This document shows positions 52,099 to 64,000 of a stretch of 64,000 nt of DNA, in pieces. The stretch is from Hormiphora californensis (Eukaryota > Animalia > Ctenophora), in contig CM035354.1 in assembly GCA_020137815.1 (NCBI GenBank), forward strand, positions 2,108,001 through 2,172,000, read 5' to 3'. A program made the position numbers and the translations under genes. The notes under the pieces are model-generated. The model had not been told where the DNA came from. It worked only from the letters and a program-made list of their open reading frames with translations, and ran no database searches. The stretch's first letter is position 1. The number at the start of each line of letters is the position of its first letter.

Positions 52099-55000
52099 AT
52101 GGTGGCGGATAAACCCAAAGAACAGAGAACCATTGATGACGTAATCAACACAGTTGGCAGACGCCCAAACCTTCTTTGGTTCACAATATTGACAGTAGCC
52201 ATGGGGTGGAACGTGGCAAGTGCACTGAACGCTTACATGATCCAGTTTACAGGGTTTATTCCGTGGGACCCGATCACTTGCCTTTCAGACAACTGTTCCC
52301 AACTCATACACCAGCCATCAGGTAAGGAATAGTTTTAAATTTCTTTCTTTTTGTTGTCCAAATTACATCAATCTGTCTAGGAGGAGCATCGTGGGACCGG
52401 GGTGTAGTTACCATGGTTACCATGGCTACCCAGCTGGACTTCTTCCAACCCAGGTTTCTACCTGTATTCATATTGCATGTTCTATCGATGTATAACCAGA
52501 GCAATAAATGGTCTAAACGTCTGACGATTTCAGATTTGCTCAACATTACATTGGTGTGCCACCACGGCCTAGTGCTGGGCGAGGATTATACCTGGGATAT
52601 TACACGGACATCCCTGGCTGTTGAATGGGACCTGATTTGTGATCATGATAAGATAACCTTTCTGGAGTCTATCTATTTTGTAGGAGGAATGGTTAGTCTT
52701 TGTATGGGTAAGTTGTGTGTCAGACGTGGATAAATTTCACTTCAAACCCATACCCTATCTGGCAGACCCGATCTGACCACACTGAGAAACAAAACTGTAC
52801 TACCCCATAGATCCCTACTACCCAAACTCTCCCACTTCTCAGCGACTTATTTGTTCGATATGATTGGAAGAAGGAGAGTTTGTATTATTGGTGCCTCGGT
52901 GAACATGCTGGCTGTGGCTCTTGGCATCGTCTGTCACAAGTATTACTTTATGGTGGGGATCAGGATGCTACAGGGATTTGGGAACTTCCTCACCTACTCA
53001 GGTAGGTTTAACAATTTCTACAACTGTTTACTGTGAACATGGGACTTGTCACCCAAATTATGTGTATATATATATATAGCGCCAATTAAACATGTATCTA
53101 AATTTCAAGTATACAGTGCACTATCCAGGTGGCTTGTTATGTTCTAACCCTCCTTTACATTTGTAAACACAGTCTAGCTAGGCAAGCAGGTGGCTGCTCA
53201 ATAAGGTCCATAAGGTGAGTATAGTTGCACAAACAGGATACTACACCACTTAATTAATTAGTTAATTAATTAATAATTTTATCAGGTTGCTACATTTGGG
53301 TGCTAGAGTTCATGCCAGAGAAGTACAGAAACTACTACAACAGTTACAGTATGATGCTGTGGACTGCTGGATATCCGCTCATCGTAGCACTAGGATACAC
53401 CATCAAGCAATGGAATTATATCCACATTGGATACATTGGTGTCTTCGCTCTCTGCTTCCTTCCCTTCACATTCTTCCCCGACTCACCAAGGTGAGAAAAT
53501 ACAGCTGTCACAAAGGTCCATTCAGTTCTGTATGGCGGCGCCATTATACACCCATTTGATTCTCAAATTGTGCGACAGTGCGCTCAGATGGGGTCGCGGC
53601 GCCAGACAGATCAACGATTTAGCAGTACTAAAATCCATTCATATATATTGTTAGTAGAGTATACCGGCGGCCTCTAGGGTTGGACAACATGTAAAACACT
53701 GTGGTTTGTTAACAGTTTCGGCGTCAACGCCTTCTTCAGAACTAAAGAAAATGGTAACTTTACAAAATGAATATATCTCGATAGATCAACTAAATAAATT
53801 ACTACAACACAACTAAAGACTAAAACGACCACAAGTACTAAAAACGACTACAACGACTTAAAAATTCTAAAACGACAAATAACTACTAAACCCAAAAACT
53901 AGAGAACAAACTATTAAACGAACACACAGGTCAAAACCGGGTCAAGAAAAGAGAGGGGGGGGAAGAGAGAGCAGGGGAGGTGCACCCAAATATGGTATAA
54001 CTCACCAGAGGGAAAAACCGGTTATACTAGGTTGGACAGGCTGCAATATATGTTACAGCTTGCACCCAGTATTATAGTGGTTAACCATCCTAGGGGCCAC
54101 GCTACGAGACGCTGAACCGGAACCCAACACAAATAGAATAATAAATAAATAAACGCTAATAAAACCAAAAAAAAAACCAAAAAAAAAAAAAAAAAGACGG
54201 TTCAGCGTCTCGTAGCGTGGCCCCTAGGATGGTTAACCACTATAATACTGGGTGCAAGCTGTAACATATATTGCAGCCTGTCCAACCTAGTATAACCGGT
54301 TTTTCCCTCTGGTGAGTTATACCATATTTGGGTGCACCTCCCCTGCTCTCTCTTCCCCCCCCTCTCTTTTCTTGACCCGGTTTTGACCTGTGTGTTCGTT
54401 TAATAGTTTGTTCTCTAGTTTTTGGGTTTAGTAGTTATTTGTCGTTTTAGAATTTTTAAGTCGTTGTAGTCGTTTTTAGTACTTGTGGTCGTTTTAGTCT
54501 TTAGTTGTGTTGTAGTAATTTATTTAGTTGATCTATCGAGATATATTCATTTTGTAAAGTTACCATTTTCTTTAGTTCTGAAGAAGGCGTTGACGCCGAA
54601 ACTGTTAACAAACCACAGTGTTTTACATGTTGTCCAACCCTAGAGGCCGCCGGTATACTCTACTAACAATATATATCTTCATGCGGCTCATAAACATTTG
54701 GCCATTACAAGCTCTGTCTAAAATCCATTCAGTTGCCATGATATACTCGACCCTCTCTCACAAATATATTGTCGCATCATCTCCATCAATATATTCCTAC
54801 AGGTATCTACTGTCAGTAGGACGGGAGGATGATGCAAAAGCAGTGCTAGAGAGATACGGTAGGATAACCAATACAACCATCTCATTGAAGGACGTTAAAC
54901 TTATTGGCTCCACCAATACCAAGAAAGAAATTGAAACAACATTCACATCCAAGGTACACCAGGTCTATCACTCTCATCTTCGGAAGATCAGCTCTAGATG

Positions 55001-56156
55001 GATTCCTCTATTCTTCCATCTAGGGAATCATCGAGTGCTTCTCTATCTCTAATTTCCCCACATCAATCTGATGTGCAGTGCACATTGTGCACACAACAAA
55101 CACAGACAGCTTTGAAGTTTCGGACCTAATCCACATTTTCTCCCCATCCCTGCAGATGTCGGAGTATAAGAAACACCCGGCGTTGGCCCTAGAGTTGGTT
55201 ATCCAATGTTATCTATGGTGCTCCTGCTGTCTCCTGTACTATGGGGTTAACTACGGGTGGGGATCTTTTGGGGCCACCCCGTATGTCAGTTACCTTCTTG
55301 CAGGTATAGAAAGTGATTATAAAAACTAGCATTCTTGTCCTGTTATAACAACAGATTTGAGAATCTGATCACACACTGATCCATACTCCTCAGCTGGAAG
55401 TGAGATTGTCGCCTACATTTTCCTGGTACTTTTCATAAAATTCTTTGGTCGAAGAAACACCCTCGCCGTATTCCCTGATGGCCTCCTCAGCCTGCTTCCT
55501 ACTCAGTGTTATACCCTGGCAATGGACTGAATCATGGAGTTTAGATCGTCTCCTGGCTCTAATTGTCATTATTTGGATCGCCCTCGCATTTGCACTTCTC
55601 TTCCTCTACCTGGGCGAACTGGCACCCACCTCTCTAAGAGGGTTCACCTTGGCTCTCTGTGGACTTCTCGCTCGACTTTGTAAGTGAATAATAACAAATT
55701 ACAGGGGTGCATTTATTCTAGTTTCAAACCTATTTCATGTTGATGAATGATGTACTATACTTTTATGAAGATATCTCCAACTTTACAATCTTCTATTTCA
55801 GCCGCCTTTAGTGGGCCCTATTTCGCCAACTCTTCGGGGTCAGGGAAACTGATTTGTGCCTCTGTTATGGCAGCAGTGGGAGCTGGCCTCACTTTCTTCC
55901 TGCCAGAGACGAGGGGTCTACCAATACCTGCCGAGGCAGCGGACGTGAGCGAGCGAAGAAAATCACAGTACGTAAACCACACATCAATTGTATATATGCA
56001 GTGTCAATAACATACCATGATCCATGAAGTCCACTTGAAGTCGTGTTTCAATTTTAATTTTCAGACCTATCATGTTGCTTTGTTTTCAGGGGTCTGAGAG
56101 TGCACGATGAACGATGGACGACAATCTACGAGAATCACAGAGTTGACAAGGTGTGA
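52099..56156 (+). CDS. SLC22/organic cation transporter-like MFS protein; 9 exons, apparent 1-nt frameshift near 55472
   Basis: SLAVEWDLIC, FDMIGRR, LEFMPEKYR, FFPDSPR|YL, FGRRNTL, YLGELAPTSLRG and LPETRG motifs. Exons at about 52099-52321, 52534-52707, 52843-53001, 53286-53490, 54803-54952, 55156-55303, 55394-55679, 55802-55967 and 56090-56156. Confidence 0.9.
53704..53746 (-). ncRNA. Minimal type I hammerhead ribozyme motif (left arm)
   Basis: Reverse complement of the motif at 54571-54613. Confidence 0.6.
54571..54613 (+). ncRNA. Minimal type I hammerhead ribozyme motif (right arm)
   Basis: tttagtt-CTGAAGA-a-GGCG(ttga)CGCC-GAAAC-t-GTT-aacaaa: CUGANGA core, stem II, GAAA, GUH, and stem I pairing gtt/aac. 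Confidence 0.6.
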
Positions 56157-56912
56157 GAAACTGTTACCATGGAAACTGTTACCATGGAGCTGAGTCTGTT
56201 ACCATGGAAATGAGTATGTTACCATGGAGCTGAGTCTGTAGAGTTTGTGTTTTTACTCAGGGACAATGCATGCATGATATTGGCACAGAAGTTTATCTAT
56301 GTTGACATTTGAATCCCGTTAAATTTTATAAAAAGTTCGTGTTTCACTAATTGCTATATAACTAAGTCATAACATCAAACTTTGCCGTACAGAAATTTTC
56401 ATCAATGTAAACGTTGAATTTGATTAGTAAATTAACCCATAGGGGCCTCACAAACAACTTCATGTCCCTCGTGACAATGCCGGTGGTACTGCCATCTCCA
56501 GCTGTTGTTGTTCTTTGCCAGGCCATGTATGGTTATGTGTTCCGATTGTGTGTAATCCAGTGCTCTATGCTCTATTTCTATCCCTGGTCTCCCCGGGTTT
56601 ATTGTAGTTGGACACTTTCCAAATCCAATAGAGAGAGCTCAGTTAAAGATTGTTCTGTGTGGAGAGAGAATAGAAAGAAAGTTTTCCGAGTTGAGGGAGG
56701 GAGAGAGGAAAAATAACTGAGAAGGGTTGTACGTGTAGCGGCCAGCTTGACCAATGCTCCATTGCTCTCCCTCCATTATTTTCCTAGATAGCAGACAGTC
56801 TTTCCTTTTCTTTCTCCTTTATAGATTCCAAAGTTGTGTTAACCGTTGTCTTTCCTATATATCTAAATCCCTCCTTCCCTCCTTCCCTTATTATAGTAGA
56901 GAATATAATGCA

Positions 56913-59900
56913 ATGCGTTTGATTCTGGTACTTTACCTTTCGGCAGCTGTCTTGTGGCAATCGTCTAATAGTGCAGGTTCGTTAAATGATCGTCTGTCAG
57001 AGTATTGGCGGAGCGTGTGAGAACAGTGGTCAGGCCTGACATATAATCGTTAAATAATTGTTGTCTAAATCAATATTTCATTGAGATCAAGTTGGTCATT
57101 ACATAGTTGATCATCCAAAAAACCAATTTACATTTTACTATCGGATCACATGTCACACACATTCCAATGGACGGCTTGGTAGTCCCCGTCCTACAACCTC
57201 GGGCGGTTCAGATTCCCCTACCCCAAGAGTAGAAGGATCAGTATACTCCATTTTTTTTCAACTGTTCACCCCCCAAAGTCGTGCGCGGAATTGTTTTGCG
57301 CGTTTATCACATGTTAACGTATAGCACGCGCCACCGAAATTCTAATTTTTATTAAATTTCAGTTTTTGGGTGAACAGTTGAAAAAAAATGGACTATATTC
57401 AAGCACGGGGATAGGGAATGAATTTTTTTCTAGATTTGCGATCGGCACGATCGCCCCAGTTTCTAGTACTATGTAATACTAAATTATCTGTAATTTATCG
57501 AGGGACTCTGGTGAGAATTCTCGACAGATGATATGTTAATCTTCTGGAGCTCTTTTACAATAGAAACAAGCATTTTCGTTAACTCAAAGTTTCACAGTCG
57601 GGACGAATTGATGATCAATTGTAAAGTATAGCCAATTGATAATGATACCAACTCTCTCTCAGATTGGATAGCTGTTAAGCGGGATAATGAGCATATACCC
57701 TGGGACCTGGAGGAAACACCTCTCCAGATAACAACGGACTCTACACTGGGTAGTGATGAGAAGATCTGGGTACAGTTACGCGACAAGGACGGCACCTGGA
57801 TTAGTAGTTTGGGCTTGCTGTTCTCCTCCCCAATGCAGTATTGGATATACCACTGTGGGGATTGGACTAATATACAACCCCCGGTGGAGGTGGATAAGAT
57901 CTGGACAATAACCAAGACAGATACCGCCCTCATCATCACATGTAATAATGTTGAAGTGGTTAACTACCTGTTCACAGATAGTTCAAAGAGCAGCTGTGTT
58001 TCAATGTTGGATGGTGATGTTGTGGAGCAGATCACGTTTGGCAGTAAAAAGGATACAGCATCTGACTTCTATAGAGGCGCCCGAGGTAAGAATGATCAAT
58101 TCAATTTATACCACGTGTACCCAGCATTCCAGCGTGTATAAGCTGTACACGTACTAGCCAGTAGCCTGATAAGGATTAGGGAAGGTAGAAGGTACTACTG
58201 AATTCGAGGACAAGTCTACCAGTATAATAACTAGTCTTGTTTAACTAAAAATCGAGTTTAATTTTGTTAACCAATTGCCAGATCCTTGATAAAACTTAAA
58301 TTCTCTCAGATTGGACAGCTGTAAAGCTGAATGTGAGTATACCCTGGGACATGGAGGGAACACCTCTCCGGATAAAGACTGATTCTACACTGGGTAGTGG
58401 TGATAAGATCAAGGTGAAAGTGTACGAAAAGGACGGCAGCTTTATAACTGGTGTGGGTGTGAAGTTCTCCTCCCCAATGCAGTATTCGATAGGCCACTGC
58501 ACCAGCAGCAGCTGGAAAGACCTGCCAGTACAACCCCCGGTTGAGGTGGATAAGATATGGACGATAACAAAAACAGATACTGCCCTCATCATCACATGTA
58601 ATGCTGTTGAGGTGCTGAACTTCCTGTTTGCAGATAGTTCCGAGATTGACTGTGCTTCAAAGTTGGGTGGTGATGTAGGGCAGATCCTGTTTAGCAGTAA
58701 TCTGGACACAGCATCTGACTTCTATAACGGCGCTCCAGGTAAGAATGATCGATTCAATTTATACCGTGTATTCAGCATTCTAACGTGTACTGCGCATTAT
58801 ATGATGGTTGCAGCTTGGGTAACATGAGTCATGGTCTTTGTGGGTAAAATCAAATACTGTGTAATGAACCTTCTCCATTCATCACCAGATTGTCCTGCAT
58901 TTACGGTTGAGGGATCAACACAAGGAAGCTGGACTGCCTCACCAACAGGGACAACTGCCATCATCGAATGTCATACTACCACTCATACCCTTGTCGGAAG
59001 TGCAACACTTTTTTGTCAGCAGGACGGATCATGGTCAAGTGATGTACCACAGTGTGATGAAATTGGTAAGTGATAGTAATTCACTAGAGTCTCGAAGCTT
59101 TACTTGATACTTGGTTAGGAGTTTGGTAGTTCAATTTCCAGTTCCTTGATAAACTTTTATCGGTGTCATGGTATAGTGGCTAGTACACTCGTCTTCCACG
59201 CATTAGGTCCCGGGATCGTATCCCTTATTTCGAACCTAGTGTAGAAGCCGTCTAGTCTACCAAGCTATGATTAAATTAGTAGCTGGGTAGCGACTAGCTA
59301 TTTGAAACACCCCCTTGACAGGCCAGCAGGTTCACCAGATTTGGATTTTTAGACATCAGTGGGCTAGTCAGAACTCATGCCAAGCCCACTGATGTCTAAA
59401 AAACCAAATCTGGTGCACCTGCTGGCCTGTAGAGGGGGTGTTTCAAATTAGCCGCCATTTCAAATAGCCAGTCGCTACCCTATAATAGGGCTTACCCTGG
59501 ATAACATCCCGGTGTGGTTTCAATTCATACCGTGTACTACTCAGCATACCAGCTTGTATACTCCACATTTTGTAAATCAATTGCCAGACTTCGATTTTCT
59601 TAGGTTGGAATGCTTTTGAGCCGGGTGTCAACATACCCTGGGACATGGAGGGAACACCTCTCCAGATAAAGACAGACTCTACACTGGGCAGTGGTGAGAA
59701 GATCTGGGTGAAGGTGTACGACCAGGACAACAGCTATATCGGTAGTGTGGGTGTGGAGTTCTCCTCTCCAATGCAGTACAAGATAGGCGGGTGCATGACC
59801 AGCTACACCGACCTACCAGTACAAACCCCGGTGGAGGTGGAAACGATCTGGACAATTACCAAAACAGATACTGCCCTCATCATCACATGTAATAATGTGG

Positions 59901-60523
59901 AGGTACTGAACTACCAGTTCGCAGATAGCGGAGAGAGCCTCTGTGTTTCAAGGTGGGCTGGTGATGTTGTGGAGCAGATCGAGTTTAGCAGTATCTGGGA
60001 CACAGCATCTGACTTCTACAGAGCAGGTAAGGGTCTAAATGTAGGTAATCCAAAAAAGTGCTGCAGGCAAGAATGAAACTTAATTTATACCGTGTACACA
60101 TCATTCCAGCTTGTACTGCAAATTTTATGGGGGTTGGGTCATATGAATCACGGTGTTTGGTTACCGCTATTGGGTAACCGCACTTAGAACCCTAAACAGC
60201 ATTTTTTCGGCTCCTAGACCCCTGTCTCTCACAGAGTTATATATTAGTGACTACTAGCGAGGGACAGCCTGTCAGTGTCAACCCAATATGTCAAAATTAA
60301 ATCGCGTGTAATGATTCGAACTCAAACCTTCTCCATTCAGAACCAGTTGAGTGTCCAGCATTTACGGTTGAGGGATCGACACAAGGATGCTGGACTGCCT
60401 CACCAACAGGGACAATTGCCATCATCGAATGTGCGGCCACTCATATCCTTGTCGGAAGTGCAACACTTATTTGTCAGCAGGACGGATCATGGTCAAGTGA
60501 TGTACCACAGTGTGATGAAATCA
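56913..60523 (+). CDS. Secreted modular protein: signal peptide, domain X, X, Sushi/CCP, X, Sushi/CCP; 3' end not found
   Basis: Phase-1 exons 56913-56976 (MRLILVLYLSAAVLWQSSNSA), 57663-58085, 58310-58738, 58889-59065, 59604-60026 and 60341-60523. Domain X reads IPWDxExTPLQIKTDSTLGS...WTITKTDTALIITCN...DTASDFY; Sushi reads C...LVGSATLxCQQDGSWSSDVPQC. Confidence 0.85.
59164..59230 (+). pseudogene. Degenerate tRNA-like sequence (Gly-TCC-like), probably a SINE head
   Basis: A-box-like tggtatagtgg, loop cttccac, B-box-like ggatcgtatcc; acceptor and anticodon stems pair poorly. Confidence 0.45.
59301..59447. mobile_element. Hairpin MITE with ~65-bp imperfect arms
   Basis: tttgaaacaccccc...gacatcagtgggct is mirrored by agcccactgatgtc...gggggtgtttcaaa. 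Confidence 0.75.
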
Positions 60524-60862
60524 GTAAGTATAGCGACATCTAGAAATGTAGAAATATATTCTCGTTGTCACCCCCACATGCAATGTGCTGTTTTGTTCAA
60601 ACCTTTTTATCGGAGCACGGGGAGGGAGGGTCGAACAAGGCAAGCAATGTGGGGGTTTCAAAGAGAAAGGGGCCACGGTAGACAATAGACATACAGATGT
60701 CATACCGTCATTTTATTTTATAAAATGTAGAAATACAGACGACAATAGGTATATTATATCAAATAAAAGTAGCTCGGAACTTTTATTTGGTAGCTGACAG
60801 GACAGACGTTTCAATAGAAATAGGTTGTAATTGTATTGTATACGATAACCCTATAAAGCCTA

Positions 60863-61185
60863 CTCGCATTTGCACTTCTCTTTCTCTACCTGGGCGAACT
60901 GGCACCCACCTCTCTAAGAGGGTTCACCTTAGCTCTATGTGGACTTCTCGCTCGACTTTGTAAGTGTGTCTTAAATAACAAATTACAGGGGTGCATTCAT
61001 TCTAGTTTCAAACCTATTTCATGTTGATGAATGATGTACTATACTTTTATGAAGGTATCTCCAACTTTACAATCTTCTATTTCAGCCGCCTTTAGTGGGC
61101 CCTATTTCGCCAACTCTTCGGGATCAGGGAAACTGATTTGTGCCTCGGTTATGGCAGCAGTAGGAGCTGGCCTCACTTTCTTCCT
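60863..61185 (+). pseudogene. Partial genomic duplicate of the SLC22-like gene (copy of 55583-55901, including the intron)
   Basis: Near-identical exon end, intron and exon start, with few substitutions and one small intronic indel. Confidence 0.92.
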
Positions 61186-61446
61186 ACGGCCGCCGGGGCT
61201 ACGCCCCTGGACCCTGTTCATGGGGGGTTTCACCCCCCCCCCCCCCCAAACCCCCTTACCGGGACTGGCGCCCCAGGCCCCGGCCGGTTAGGGCATCTCG
61301 TAGCCGGAGGCCATGAGCCGACCCTGGTAACGGGCAACGGCGCCCACTCAGATTGGCATACGTTGCAGGCCCCTTATAATATAATATATCGTTGCGGGGG
61401 TGCGCGCATGAGGGGGCTGCAGCGCATTCCAACCACTCAGACTGTA

Positions 61447-61975
61447 TAGTCCATTTTTTTTCAACTGTTCACCCCCCAAAGTCGTGCGCGGAATTGTTTT
61501 GCGCGTTTATCACATGTTAACGTGTAGCGCGCGCAGCGTAAATTAAAATATCGCACGCGCACGAGTTGAGGGGTGAACAGTTGAATAAAAATGGACTTTA
61601 AAGTCCATTTTTATTCAACTGTTCACCCTTCAACTCGTGCGCGTGCGTTATTTTAATTTACGCTGCGCGTGCTAAAGTCGGATTTTTTGAAACTGTCACC
61701 CCCCCTGAGTTTTCAAATTTCTTTAAATGACCATAAGTCCGGTTCCTGATGAGATAGAGACTTGAAATTTGGAGGTTATAAAGATCTTGCTAAGTTCTTC
61801 CGAACCTCCAAATTTCAAGTCTCTATCTTATCAGGAACCGGAGATATGACAAATTTGTTATTTCAGGGGGGTGACAGTTTCAAAAAATCCGACTTTACAC
61901 GTTAACATGTGATAAACGCGCAAAACAATTCCGCGCACGACTTTGGGGGGTGAACAGTTGAAAAAAAATGGACTA
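61447..61975. mobile_element. Nested MITE cluster: two inverted copies sharing a TA, the second interrupted by a related MITE (61675-61895)
   Basis: TIRs and TA duplications are visible at 61599, 61673, 61896 and 61976. Confidence 0.88.
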
Positions 61976-63092
61976 TAAAAAAGTGGCGCCGTCTGAGTGG
62001 TCTTTTTTTACTATTTTTTTAAAATAGTGGAAGCTCTTACGGTAATTCCCACGCACCGTGGGAACATTTCCCACGCCGCGCCCTGTTTTCCCACGCTTTG
62101 CTTTCACCCCGCAAAGAATTATCGCGCGTGACGTCTAAAGTTTTGAGGATGCAGTTGTTAACAATTTGGGTAGCGCCGCGAGCATCAGAGCACAGCAGCA
62201 GCAGGTCACTGAGCATTTCGGTACTATCACACTGCACAGTGCACACACATGACACATTGCACCAATGGATTGCATCATTGGCGTTGGAACATCAATGAGG
62301 AACAGTTCGGTGGAAGGGAAACCAGGCCAAGAGTGCTGTCATGGCTGTAACCAGCCCCAGCGTCGTCTAATTACAACGATAAAGTATGAAAGTTTTACCC
62401 TTCGCCGAAACATTCCTAATTGATATATTGGGTACAAAATGAATATTCTTTAATTAGATGGATTTATAACAAAATGAACGCAAAATTCTAAGAAGACAGA
62501 TCACAAACAATTGTTATCTTTCTGGACACTACTTATCGATCACAATATATGTAATATTCTCAAAATGATAAAGAGTTTGGTTTTGTTCAAACCCTAGAAC
62601 ATGGTAAAAAGAGTTCGTGATATCCTAATCTAACGATAATTATAGTCCTATAAATCTCAATTTACAGCAGCATCTTGTAGGGAATGCGGACAGTGACACC
62701 TCCGTGTCTAACTTTAGTAGACGTGTCCGATGTCCGTACCGTAGTTAGTCGAATTCCGTTATATTATTATGGGATAACGGCTGATTCCAGGCATCGATCT
62801 TAGATACACATATCTTGTAGATGGGATAATATTAATCGTCTAGAGAGGGTGTTGTAACCAGCTGTACTCGACAGAATCCTGGGAGGGGGAGGGAATGTTA
62901 GTCAAAAGTGCGTCCAGGACCATGCTCCTTTTATAATTTGGTTTATCGACTATTCAAAAAGACAACCGTCTAGCTGAGAAAGAGACACAAATAATCTCTT
63001 CTGAGAAGGGATGATTTCAGCCTTCTCCGCTTCCTTCCTTATCTTAATGTGTCACATGGGGTGGGCCTCTATCAGAATCGATAATTTTGTAC

Positions 63093-63598
63093 CTCTCATC
63101 TGGCCGGGATCCGAAGTGGCGGGGCAACTTTAATGTGGTTTGAATGGGAGCCTCTCTCATTATCTCTAGTGGTCGGTCGTGGGTACAGTTAGTCAGGACC
63201 TACAAGGAGAGCTGTTATTACATTGCCTTGTTCGACGCTAAAAAGGTTTGAACAAAACAATTATTACATATCTAGGTATGTATGATTGTGTAAAAATTCC
63301 CTTTTATTTCCTCTCCTGAATTCTCCTCGACAATGTTCTTAATTCTTATGTTACATTTGATCGCGGCGTGGTGAAGCAGGGTGGAACAAGACAATCAGGT
63401 TCAGTACTCACCAGCTACACTGAGCACTGTATCCTTAGGGATAATCTCAGTCGCCACTGCAGGACTACTCAACACCCTGATACAGCCCTGGAGTGTGTCG
63501 CTACCTCCCTGAATGAAGAATGGTGATGCCAAGAGCCTGCCGAACTATTGTCACCGTCACTATTTGTTCGTAATGTAGAGTTTTACTGATCGTCAAAC
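63093..63598 (-). pseudogene. Degenerate PDZ-domain gene fragment (exon-like blocks 63598-63412 and 63199-63093)
   Basis: EQIVTVTIVRQALGITI / QGGSDTLQGCIRVLSSPAVATEIIPKDTVLSVAG / VLTNCTHDRPLEIMREAPIQTTLKLPR follows the PDZ pattern, but needs a frame change after GITI and the splice phases disagree. Confidence 0.6.
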
Positions 63599-63756
63599 CT
63601 AGAGGAGGAACAGGGTTTAGAGAGATCTGCATTCGGTATCAGGGGAGTGTGAGCAGGTTGTTATGTTCTGAGTTCTGACCCTCCTAAAAATTTGTAAACA
63701 CACACAACAAGAATCCCATTCAAAAGAAAGACTATGAAACCGGGCACTAAACGCTG

Positions 63757-64000
63757 CTCCATCTCTCCATCTCTCCATCTCTCCATCTCTCCATCTCTCC
63801 ATCTCTCCATCTCTCCATCTCTCCATCTCTCCATCTCTCCATCTCTCCATCTCTCCATCTCTCCATCTCTCCATCTCTCCATCTCTCCATCTCTCCATCT
63901 CTCCATCTCTCCATCTCTCCATCTCTCCATCTCTCCATCTCTCCATCTCTCCATCTCTCCATCTCTCCATCTCTCCATCTCTCCATCTCTCCATCTCTCC
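63757..64000. repeat. (CTCCATCT)n 8-bp satellite running off the window end
   Basis: Direct reading. Confidence 0.97.

Larger units (their letters stand above)
53641..54676. mobile_element. 1-kb palindrome (479-bp arms, 78-bp A-rich spacer), probably inverted terminal repeats of a Penelope-like element
   Basis: 53641-54119 reads as the reverse complement of 54198-54676; each arm carries a hammerhead core. Confidence 0.75.

Noticed and set aside
59164-59230. Functional tRNA-Gly gene
   Set aside because: The stems do not pair and the T-loop is mutated; kept only as a possible SINE or pseudo-tRNA.
63617-63994. MERWRDGE-repeat ORFs in three frames
   Set aside because: Translation of the 8-bp satellite.

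Overview
This is intron-rich animal genomic DNA with many (GA)n microsatellites and miniature inverted-repeat transposons (MITEs). It is most likely a ctenophore, possibly Pleurobrachia; that call rests on my recollection of its repeat families and gene style, not on a search. Genes from left to right: a CEP83-like coiled-coil gene (-); a USP19-like deubiquitinase with a MYND finger, split by a 1-nt frameshift (-); an ELMOD3-like gene (+); an ankyrin-repeat gene (+); a ~27-kb LDL-receptor-family gene of about 35 exons (+) with two intronless 7TM genes and a 5'-truncated RNase H LINE nested in its introns; a small Shisa-like/WBP1-type membrane adaptor missed by the ORF track (+); an SLC22-type MFS transporter (+); a secreted protein built from an unrecognised ~140-aa domain plus Sushi domains (+); a partial SLC22 duplicate; and a degenerate PDZ fragment (-). 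The most unusual non-coding signals are a 1-kb palindrome with a minimal hammerhead-ribozyme motif in each arm, a 109-bp hAT-like MITE that sits beside exons and twice duplicates a splice donor, introns built from tandemly amplified splice sites, and RFX X-box-like 9-bp satellites. Exon coordinates were read by eye and may be off by a few bases.
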